NCBI GenBank assembly: GCA_032718475.1
Contig: JAUCBJ010008568.1
Coordinates: forward strand, 5,792-69,791
Direction of reading: 5' to 3'
DNA length: 64,000 nucleotides
DNA from: Nemertoderma westbladi
Taxonomy: Eukaryota; Animalia; Xenacoelomorpha
The notes under the pieces were generated by a model. The model had not been told where the DNA came from, searched no databases, and was given only the letters and a program-made list of their open reading frames with translations. Shown here one piece after another: positions 37,101 through 49,400 of the stretch. Position numbers and translations under genes: made by a program. Position 1 is the stretch's first letter. Each line of letters starts with the position of its first letter.

Positions 37101-40100
37101 CCAGAGTATACAACATATAGATAGAATGGTGAGTCACTTACACCAGAGTATACAACATTTAGATAGAATGGTGAGTCACTTACACCAGAGTATACAACAT
37201 AGATAGAATGGTGAGTCACTTACACCAGAGTATACATCATAGATAGAATGGTGAAACACTTACACCAGAGTATACAACATATAGATAGAATGGTGAGTCA
37301 CTTACACCAGAGTATACAACATATAGATAGAATGGTGAGTCACTTACACCAGAGTATACAACATATAGATAGAATGGTGAGTCACTTACACCAGAGTATA
37401 CAACATATAGATAGAATGGTGAGTCACTTACACCAGAGTATACAACATATAGATAGAATGGTGAGTCACTTACACCAGAGTATACAACATATAGATAGAA
37501 TGGTGAGTCACTTACACCAGAGTATACAACATATAGATAGAATGGTGAGTCACTTACACCAGAGTATACAACATATAGATAGAATGGTGAGTCACTTACA
37601 CCAGAGTATACAACATATAGATAGAATGGTGAGTCACTTACACCAGAGTATACAACATATAGATAGAATGGTGAGTCACTTACACCAGAGTATACAACAT
37701 ATAGATAGAATGGTGAGTCACTTACACCAGAGTATACAACATATAGATAGAATGGTGAGTCACTTACACCAGAGTATACAACATATAGATAGAATGGTGA
37801 GTCACTTACACCAGAGTATACAACATATAGATAGAATGGTGAGTCACTTACACCAGAGTATACAACATATAGATAGAATGGTGAGTCACTTACACCAGAG
37901 TATACAACATATAGATAGAATGGTGAGTCACTTACACCAGAGTATACAACATATAGATAGAATGGTGAGTCACTTACACCAGAGTATACAACATATAGAT
38001 AGAATGGTGAGTCACTTACACCAGAGTATACAACATATAGATAGAATGGTGAGTCACTTACACCAGAGTATACAACATATAGATAGAATGGTGAGTCACT
38101 TACACCAGAGTATACAACATATAGATAGAATGGTGAGTCACTTACACCAGAGTATACAACATATAGATAGAATGGTGAGTCACTTACACCAGAGTATACA
38201 ACATATAGATAGAATGGTGAGTCACTTACACCAGAGTATACAACATATAGATAGAATGGTGAGTCACTTACACCAGAGTATACAACATATAGATAGAATG
38301 GTGAGTCACTTACACCAGAGTATACAACAATAGATAGAATGGTGAGTCACTTACACCAGAGTATACAACATTAGGTAGAATGGTGAGTCACTTACACCAG
38401 AGTATACAACAAATAGATAGAATGGTGAGTCACTTACACCAGAGTATACAACATATAGATAGAATGGTGAGTCACTTACACCAGAGTATACAACATATAG
38501 ATAGAATGGTGAGTCACTTACACCAGAGTATACAACATATAGATAGAATGGTGAGTCACTTAACACCAGAGTATACAACATTTAGATAGAATGGTGAGTC
38601 ACTTACACCAGAGTATACAACAAATAGATAGAATGGTGAGTCACTTACACCAGAGTATACAACATATAGATAGAATGGTGAGTCACTTACACCAGAGTGG
38701 AGTATACAACATTTAGATAGAATGGTGAGTCACTTACACCAGAGTATACAACATATAGATAGAATGGTGAGTCACTTACACCAGAGTATACAACATATAG
38801 ATAGAATGGTGAGTCACTTACACCAGAGTATACAACATTTAGATAGAATGGTGAGTCACTTACACCAGAGTATACAACATATAGATAGAATGGTGAGTCA
38901 CTTACACCAGAGTATACAACATATAGATAGAATGGTGAGTCACTTACACCAGAGTATACAACATTTAGATAGAATGGTGAGTCACTTACACCAGAGTATA
39001 CAACATATAGATAGAATGGTGAGTCACTTACACCAGAGTATACAACATATAGATAGAATGGTGAGTCACTTACACCAGAGTATACAACATATAGATAGAA
39101 TGGTGAGTCACTTACACCAGAGTATACAACATATAGATAGAATGGTGAGTCACTTACACCAGAGTATACAACATATAGATAGAATGGTGAGTCACTTACA
39201 CCAGAGTATACAACATATAGATAGAATGGTGAGTCACTTACACCAGAGTATACAACATATAGATAGAATGGTGAGTCACTTACACCAGAGTATACAACAT
39301 ATAGATAGAATGGTGAGTCACTTACACCAGAGTATACAACATATAGATAGAATGGTGAGTCACTTACACCAGAGTATACAACATATAGATAGAATGGTGA
39401 GTCACTTACACCAGAGTATACAACATATAGATAGAATGGTGAGTCACTTACACCAGAGTATACAACATATAGATAGAATGGTGAGTCACTTACACCAGAG
39501 TATACAACATTTAGATAGAATGGTGAGTCACTTACACCAGAGTATACAACATATAGATAGAATGGTGAGTCACTTACACCAGAGTATACAACATATAGAT
39601 AGAATGGTGAGTCACTTACACCAGAGTATACAACATATAGATAGAATGGTGAGTCACTTACACCAGAGTATACAACATATAGATAGAATGGTGAGTCACT
39701 TACACCAGAGTATACAACATATAGATAGAATGGTGAGTCACTTACACCAGAGTATACAACATATAGATAGAATGGTGAGTCACTTACACCAGAGTATACA
39801 ACATATAGATAGAATGGTGAGTCACTTACACCAGAGTATACAACATATAGATAGAATGGTGAGTCACTTACACCAGAGTATACAACATATAGATAGAATG
39901 GTGAGTCACTTACACCAGAGTATACAACATATAGATAGAATGGTGAGTCACTTACACCAGAGTATACAACATATAGATAGAATGGTGAGTCACTTACACC
40001 AGAGTATACAACATATAGATAGAATGGTGAGTCACTTACACCAGAGTATACAACATATAGATAGAATGGTGAGTCACTTACACCAGAGTATACAACATAT

Positions 40101-43100
40101 AGATAGAATGGTGAGTCACTTACACCAGAGTATACAACATATAGATAGAATGGTGAGTCACTTACACCAGAGTATACAACATATAGATAGAATGGTGAGT
40201 CACTTACACCAGAGTATACAACATATAGATAGAATGGTGAGTCACTTACACCAGAGTATACAACATATAGATAGAATGGTGAGTCACTTACACCAGAGTA
40301 TACAACATATAGATAGAATGGTGAGTCACTTACACCAGAGTATACAACATATAGATAGAATGGTGAGTCACTTACACCAGAGTATACAACATATAGATAG
40401 AATGGTGAGTCACTTACACCAGAGTATACAACATATAGATAGAATGGTGAGTCACTTACACCAGAGTATACAACATATAGATAGAATGGTGAGTCACTTA
40501 CACCAGAGTATACAACATATAGATAGAATGGTGAGTCACTTACACCAGAGTATACAACATATAGATAGAATGGTGAGTCACTTACACCAGAGTATACAAC
40601 ATATAGATAGAATGGTGAGTCACTTACACCAGAGTATACAACATATAGATAGAATGGTGAGTCACTTACACCAGAGTATACAACATATAGATAGAATGGT
40701 GAGTCACTTACACCAGAGTATACAACATATAGATAGAATGGTGAGTCACTTACACCAGAGTATACAACATATAGATAGAATGGTGAGTCACTTACACCAG
40801 AGTATACAACATATAGATAGAATGGTGAGTCACTTACACCAGAGTATACAACATATAGATAGAATGGTGAGTCACTTACACCAGAGTATACAACATATAG
40901 ATAGAATGGTGAGTCACTTACACCAGAGTATACAACATATAGATAGAATGGTGAGTCACTTACACCAGAGTATACAACATATAGATAGAATGGTGAGTCA
41001 CTTACACCAGAGTATACAACATATAGATAGAATGGTGAGTCACTTACACCAGAGTATACAACATATAGATAGAATGGTGAGTCACTTACACCAGAGTATA
41101 CAACATATAGATAGAATGGTGAGTCACTTACACCAGAGTATACAACATATAGATAGAATGGTGAGTCACTTACACCAGAGTATACAACATATAGATAGAA
41201 TGGTGAGTCACTTACACCAGAGTATACAACATATAGATAGAATGGTGAGTCACTTACACCAGAGTATACAACATATAGATAGAATGGTGAGTCACTTACA
41301 CCAGAGTATACAACATATAGATAGAATGGTGAGTCACTTACACCAGAGTATACAACATATAGATAGAATGGTGAGTCACTTACACCAGAGTATACAACAT
41401 ATAGATAGAATGGTGAGTCACTTACACCAGAGTATACAACATATAGATAGAATGGTGAGTCACTTACACCAGAGTATACAACATATAGATAGAATGGTGA
41501 GTCACTTACACCAGAGTATACAACATATAGATAGAATGGTGAGTCACTTACACCAGAGTATACAACATATAGATAGAATGGTGAGTCACTTACACCAGAG
41601 TATACAACATATAGATAGAATGGTGAGTCACTTACACCAGAGTATACAACATATAGATAGAATGGTGAGTCACTTACACCAGAGTATACAACATATAGAT
41701 AGAATGGTGAGTCACTTACACCAGAGTATACAACATATAGATAGAATGGTGAGTCACTTACACCAGAGTATACAACATATAGATAGAATGGTGAGTCACT
41801 TACACCAGAGTATACAACATATAGATAGAATGGTGAGTCACTTACACCAGAGTATACAACATATAGATAGAATGGTGAGTCACTTACACCAGAGTATACA
41901 ACATATAGATAGAATGGTGAGTCACTTACACCAGAGTATACAACATATAGATAGAATGGTGAGTCACTTACACCAGAGTATACAACATATAGATAGAATG
42001 GTGAGTCACTTACACCAGAGTATACAACATATAGATAGAATGGTGAGTCACTTACACCAGAGTATACAACATATAGATAGAATGGTGAGTCACTTACACC
42101 AGAGTATACAACATATAGATAGAATGGTGAGTCACTTACACCAGAGTATACAACATATAGATAGAATGGTGAGTCACTTACACCAGAGTATACAACATAT
42201 AGATAGAATGGTGAGTCACTTACACCAGAGTATACAACATATAGATAGAATGGTGAGTCACTTACACCAGAGTATACAACATATAGATAGAATGGTGAGT
42301 CACTTACACCAGAGTATACAACATATAGATAGAATGGTGAGTCACTTACACCAGAGTATACAACATATAGATAGAATGGTGAGTCACTTACACCAGAGTA
42401 TACAACATATAGATAGAATGGTGAGTCACTTACACCAGAGTATACAACATATAGATAGAATGGTGAGTCACTTACACCAGAGTATACAACATATAGATAG
42501 AATGGTGAGTCACTTACACCAGAGTATACAACATATAGATAGAATGGTGAGTCACTTACACCAGAGTATACAACATATAGATAGAATGGTGAGTCACTTA
42601 CACCAGAGTATACAACATATAGATAGAATGGTGAGTCACTTACACCAGAGTATACAACATATAGATAGAATGGTGAGTCACTTACACCAGAGTATACAAC
42701 ATATAGATAGAATGGTGAGTCACTTACACCAGAGTATACAACATATAGATAGAATGGTGAGTCACTTACACCAGAGTATACAACATATAGATAGAATGGT
42801 GAGTCACTTACACCAGAGTATACAACATATAGATAGAATGGTGAGTCACTTACACCAGAGTATACAACATATAGATAGAATGGTGAGTCACTTACACCAG
42901 AGTATACAACATATAGATAGAATGGTGAGTCACTTACACCAGAGTATACAACATATAGATAGAATGGTGAGTCACTTACACCAGAGTATACAACATATAG
43001 ATAGAATGGTGAGTCACTTACACCAGAGTATACAACATATAGATAGAATGGTGAGTCACTTACACCAGAGTATACAACATATAGATAGAATGGTGAGTCA

Positions 43101-44934
43101 CTTACACCAGAGTATACAACATATAGATAGAATGGTGAGTCACTTACACCAGAGTATACAACATATAGATAGAATGGTGAGTCACTTACACCAGAGTATA
43201 CAACATATAGATAGAATGGTGAGTCACTTACACCAGAGTATACAACATATAGATAGAATGGTGAGTCACTTACACCAGAGTATACAACATATAGATAGAA
43301 TGGTGAGTCACTTACACCAGAGTATACAACATATAGATAGAATGGTGAGTCACTTACACCAGAGTATACAACATATAGATAGAATGGTGAGTCACTTACA
43401 CCAGAGTATACAACATATAGATAGAATGGTGAGTCACTTACACCAGAGTATACAACATATAGATAGAATGGTGAGTCACTTACACCAGAGTATACAACAT
43501 ATAGATAGAATGGTGAGTCACTTACACCAGAGTATACAACATATAGATAGAATGGTGAGTCACTTACACCAGAGTATACAACATATAGATAGAATGGTGA
43601 GTCACTTACACCAGAGTATACAACATATAGATAGAATGGTGAGTCACTTACACCAGAGTATACAACATATAGATAGAATGGTGAGTCACTTACACCAGAG
43701 TATACAACATATAGATAGAATGGTGAGTCACTTACACCAGAGTATACAACATATAGATAGAATGGTGAGTCACTTACACCAGAGTATACAACATATAGAT
43801 AGAATGGTGAGTCACTTACACCAGAGTATACAACATATAGATAGAATGGTGAGTCACTTACACCAGAGTATACAACATATAGATAGAATGGTGAGTCACT
43901 TACACCAGAGTATACAACATATAGATAGAATGGTGAGTCACTTACACCAGAGTATACAACATATAGATAGAATGGTGAGTCACTTACACCAGAGTATACA
44001 ACATATAGATAGAATGGTGAGTCACTTACACCAGAGTATACAACATATAGATAGAATGGTGAGTCACTTACACCAGAGTATACAACATATAGATAGAATG
44101 GTGAGTCACTTACACCAGAGTATACAACATATAGATAGAATGGTGAGTCACTTACACCAGAGTATACAACATATAGATAGAATGGTGAGTCACTTACACC
44201 AGAGTATACAACATATAGATAGAATGGTGAGTCACTTACACCAGAGTATACAACATATAGATAGAATGGTGAGTCACTTACACCAGAGTATACAACATAT
44301 AGATAGAATGGTGAGTCACTTACACCAGAGTATACAACATATAGATAGAATGGTGAGTCACTTACACCAGAGTATACAACATATAGATAGAATGGTGAGT
44401 CACTTACACCAGAGTATACAACATATAGATAGAATGGTGAGTCACTTACACCAGAGTATACAACATATAGATAGAATGGTGAGTCACTTACACCAGAGTA
44501 TACAACATATAGATAGAATGGTGAGTCACTTACACCAGAGTATACAACATTTAGATAGAATGGTGAGTCACTTACACCAGAGTATACAACATATAGATAG
44601 AATGGTGAGTCACTTACACCAGAGTATACAACATATAGATAGAATGGTGAGTCACTTACACCAGAGTATACAACAAATAGATAGAATGGTGAGTCACTTA
44701 CACCAGAGTATACAACATTTAGATAGAATGGTGAGTCACTTACACCAGAGTATACAACATATAGATAGAATGGTGAGTCACTTACACCAGAGTATACAAC
44801 ATATAGATAGAATGGTGAGTCACTTACACCAGAGTATACAACAAATAGATAGAATGGTGAGTCACTTACACCAGAGTATACAACATATAGATAGAATGGT
44901 GAGTCACTTACACCAGAGTATACAACATATAGAT
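34094..44934 (+). repeat. 42-bp minisatellite, about 258 copies, derived from the MEMO1 exon 4/intron 4 junction
   Basis: Unit CACCAGAGTATACAACATATAGATAGAATG|GTGAGTCACTTA = 30 exonic nt plus 12 intronic nt; the first unit overlaps the coding exon. Confidence 0.98.
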
Positions 44935-45060
44935 TTCCGCCTAGATTCCGGATTTAGTGCACCGGATACCCGACTGTCCGATCCGGCCGGATATGCGGCG
45001 GATTTTGGGCAAAATCTGCTATCCGGCCGGATAGTTGAAAAATCCGGCGATCCACCGTAT
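44935..45060. mobile_element. Fragment of a ccggat-rich non-autonomous transposon abutting the array end
   Basis: Clustered atccgg/ccggat motifs like those at about 18849-18950; GC-rich against AT-rich flanks. Confidence 0.45.
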
Positions 45061-45536
45061 AATTTGTATAGTCAATGTTTTGTATAACCTTTGTTATTAA
45101 TACTCACTTTTTCTTTTAATAATTTTAATTTAATACTCAGCTGCCAAAAATATGTTCACGACAAGTTTACTGCATGTTCTGAAAGAGTCCAAAATCGAAT
45201 CTGAATTACTGGTATATAATATATTTTGATAAGATACTCAGATACTTCTGCTATCTGATAGCAGCTGTTAATACTACGCTGGATTTAAATGGCAATCCTC
45301 AAACGTCACGTGAAGGTCTGGATCGAAAGGCAATTTTAAGAGTAAAAATATGTTAATATAAATATTTATTATTAATTCTTAGAGAATTATTACATTCTAC
45401 TTTATACAATATTATAAAAAGTTTTTCCTTCAATAGCGTTTATTTTTCGTTGCAATACAGTTTTAAGAGGTTTACTCGGCCCTCTACATTAGATTATCCA
45501 ACCGAAGTAACCAACTAATACTTTCCGTTCTCCCAG

Positions 45537-45875
45537 GGTATGGATCTGATTGAGCAACTGGATGCCGATGGCTTTTACGATTATCTAAAACAATACGCGA
45601 ACACAATCTGTGGTCGCCATCCCATCTCGGTGCTGCTAAACGCTATACACGAGTTGAGTAACCACAACGGTCATTCGTGTATAACCCTTCGATTCCTTAA
45701 GTACAAACAGTCTAGCAGGTGTAAACACAACAGTGACAGTTCCGTGAGTTACGCTGCCGCCTCGCTGGTTGTCCGCCCGTTAAACAGCACGGTCCATAGA
45801 GGAGGCGGAGATGCATCAGCCAATCGCAGGTCGGAAGAGTCAACGACCAATCACGCTTCCGGATCACGTCGGTGA
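45537..45875 (+). CDS. MEMO1: MEMO1 exon 5 (terminal); spliced CDS 1023 nt, 340 aa
   Basis: Branch point ctaat, pyrimidine tract and cccag| acceptor; [38 protein letters not shown]; AATAAA at 46221. Confidence 0.95.
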   Translation, partial: GMDLIEQLDADGFYDYLKQYANTICGRHPISVLLNAIHELSNHNGHSCITLRFLKYKQSSRCKHNSDSSVSYAAASLVVRPLNSTVHRGGGDASANRRSEESTTNHASGSRR

Positions 45876-46368
45876 CGTCATCATATCTGTTCTACTTACT
45901 ACTGCGAGGAACCTTGCTTTGTTATAGAAACGAACTGTCTGGTTGATTCTACTTATTGGGATAAATACATACGGACCATTCCCAACCCATATGTTCTCAC
46001 GGTTACGTGTATTTTAATTATTCCTGTTACTTGTTTTAGAACTACTTATTCTATTGCCTAACACATGCCTAACTTATAAAAGAAAACCTGCCTAACTCTT
46101 CCTATTCGAAGAATTTGTCATTGTCTTTGTCTTCTCTGTCTTTGTCTTTTTGTTATTTTTTGTTACAAGTTTGTCGTCGATATTGTCACATATTGTGGTT
46201 ATTATAAGAATATTGATCTAAATAAATTTAATTTAATACAACGCAAATAAATTTATCTTCAATATTGTGATAACCCCCAACCCACATTAAGCTTCACCTT
46301 CAGCAAACAATGCGGAAAAGCGAAAGGCGTTTGCTGCAATGGGATGCCTTTCGAATCTCCATATTTTA

Positions 46369-46465
46369 TCAGTTGCTGTTACGGGGATGAAAATCTTCCA
46401 TATGAAATTCTACGCCCTTGCGCCTTGTGACATACGCGTTCCCTTTCGTACGAAAATTTCTCACC
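46369..46465 (-). CDS. Putative terminal exon of an unidentified minus-strand gene
   Basis: ttttggtttag| acceptor, then g-VRNFRTKGNAYVTRRKGVEFHMEDFHPRNSN*; phase matches the 52891-52945 exon; no homology recognised. Confidence 0.4.
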
Positions 46466-46482
46466 CTAAACCAAAAGTACTC

Positions 46483-49400
46483 GATATAATTAAGGCAAGA
46501 TTTGTTAAACGCCTGCTAGGATATAATTAAGGCAAGATTTGTTAAACGCCTGCTAGGATATAATTAATACAAGATTTGTTAAACGCCTGCTAGGATATAA
46601 TTAATGCAAGATTTGTTAAACGCCTGCTAGGATATAATTAAGGCAAGATTTGTTAAACGCCTGCTAGGATATAATTAATGCAAGATTTGTTAAACGCCTG
46701 CTAGGATATAATTAATGCAAGATTTGTTAAACGCCTGCTAGGGTATAATTAATGCAAGATATGTTAAACGCCTGCTAGGATATAATTAAGGCAAGATTTG
46801 TTAAACGCCTGCTAGGATATAATTAATGCAAGATTTGTTAAACGCCTGCTAGGATATAATTAAGGCAAGATTTGTTAAACGCCTGCTAGGATATAATTAA
46901 TGCAAGATTTGTTAAACGCCTGCTAGGATATAATTAATGCAAGATTTGTTAAACGCCTGCTAGGATATAATTAATGCAAGATTTGTTAAACGCCTGCTAG
47001 GATATAATTAAGGCAAGATTTGTTAAACGCCTGCTAGGATATAATTAATGCAAGATTTGTTAAACACCTGCTAGGATATAATTAATACAAGATTTGTTAA
47101 ACGCCTGCTAGGATATAATTAATGCAAGATTTGTTAAACGCCTGCTAGGATATAATTAATGCAAGATTTGTTAAACGCCTGCTAGGATATAATTAATGCA
47201 AGATTTGTTAAACGCCTGCTAGGATATAATTAAGGCAAGATTTGTTAAACGCCTGCTAGGATATAATTAATGCAAGATTTGTTAAACGCCTGCTAGGATA
47301 TAATTAATGCAAGATTTGTTAAACGCCTGCTAGGATATAATTAAGGCAAGATTTGTTAAACGCCTGCTAGGGTATAATTAATGCAAGATTTGTTAAACGC
47401 CTGCTAGGATATAATTAATGCAAGATTTGTTAAACGCCTGCTAGGATATAATTAATGCAAGATTTGTTAAACGCCTGCTAGGATACAATTAAGGCAAGAT
47501 TTGTTAAACGCCTGCTAGGATATAATTAATGCAAGATTTGATAAACGCCTGCTAGGATATAATTAAGGCAAGATTTGTTAAACGCCTGCTAGGATATAAT
47601 TAAGGCAAGATTTGTTAAACGCCTGCTAGGATATAATTAATGCAAGATTTGTTAAACGCCTGCTAGGATATAATTAAGGCAAGATTTGTTAAACGCCTGC
47701 TAGGATATAATTAATGCAAGATTTGTTAAACGCCTGCTAGGATATAATTAAGGCAAGATTTGTTAAACGCCTGCTAGGATATAATTAATGCAAGATTTGT
47801 TAAACGCCTGCTAGGATATAATTAAGGCAAGATTTGTTAAACGCCTGCTAGAGGATATAATTAAGGCAAGATTTTTAAACGCCTGCTAGGATATAATTAA
47901 GGCAAGATTTGTTAAACGCCTGCTAGGATATAATTAATGCAAGATTTGTTAAACGCCTGCTAGGATATAATTAAGGCAAGATTAGTTAAACGCCTGCTAG
48001 GATATAATTAATGCAAGATTTGTTAAACGCCTGCTAGGATATAATTAATGCAAGATTTGTTAAACGCCTGCTAGGATATAATTAATGCAAGATTTGTTAA
48101 ACACCTGCTAGGATATAATTAATGCAAGATTTGTTAAACGCCTGCTAGGATATAATTAATGCAAGATTTGTTAAACGCCTGCTAGGATATAATTAATGCA
48201 AGATTTGTTAAACACCTGCTAGGATATAATTAATGCAAGATTTGTTAAACGCCTGCTAGGATATAATTAATGCAAGATTTGTTAAACACCTGCTAGGATA
48301 TAATTAATGCAAGATTTGTTAAACGCCTGCTAGGATATAATTAATGCAAGATTTGTTAAACACCTGCTAGGATATAATTAATGCAAGATTTGTTAAACGC
48401 CTGCTAGGATATAATTAAGGCAAGATTTGTTAACGCGCCTGCTAGGATATAATTAAGGCAAGATTTGTTAAACGCCTGCTAGGATATAATTAAGGCAAGA
48501 TTTGTTAAACGCCTGCTAGGATATAATTAAGGCAAGATTTGTTAAACGCCTGCTAGGATATAATTAATGCAAGATTTGTTAAACGCCTGCTAGGATATAA
48601 TTAAGGCAAGATTTGTTAAACGCCTGCTAGGATATAATTAATGCAAGATTTGTTAAACGCCTGCTAGGATATAATTAATACAAGATTTGTTAAACGCCTG
48701 CTAGGATATAATTAATGCAAGATTTGTTAAACGCCTGCTAGGATATAATTAATGCAAGATTTGTTAAACGCCTGCTAGGATATAATTAATGCAAGATTTG
48801 TTAAACGCCTGCTAGGTTATAATTAATGGAAGATTTGTTAAACGCCTGCTAGGATATAATTAATGCAAGATTTGTTAAACGCCTGCTAGGATATAATTAA
48901 TGCAAGATTTGTTAAACGCCTGCTAGGATATAATTAATGCAAGATTTGTTAAACGCCTGCTAGGATATAATTAATGCAAGATTTGTTAAACGCCTGCTAG
49001 GATATAATTAATGCAAGATTTGTTAAACGCCTGCTAGGATATAATTAATGCAAGATTTGTTAAACGCCGGCTAGGATATAATTAAGGCAAGATTTGTTAA
49101 ACGCCTGCTAGGATATAATTAAGGCAAGATTTGTTAAACGCCTGCTAGGATATAATTAATGCAAGATTTGTTAAACGCCTGCTAGGATATAATTAATGCA
49201 AGATTTGTTAAACGCCTGCTAGGATATAATTAATGCAAGATTTGTTAAACGCCTGCTAGGATATAATTAATGCAAGATTTGTTAAACGCCTGCTAGGATA
49301 TAATTAAGGCAAGATTTGTTAAACGCCTGCTAGGGTATAATTAATGCAAGATTTGTTAAACGCCTGCTAGGATATAATTAATGCAAGATTTGTTAAACGC

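Noticed and set aside
35333-38581. Minus-strand VVYSGVSDSPFYLY repeat ORFs
   Set aside because: Antisense reading of the same satellite, with no independent gene signals
38722-45087. 2121-aa repetitive ORF (and sister ORFs at 35162-38589) as a stand-alone gene
   Set aside because: It follows automatically from a stop-free 42-nt unit containing ATG; it lies inside MEMO1 intron 4 and ends in a transposon fragment
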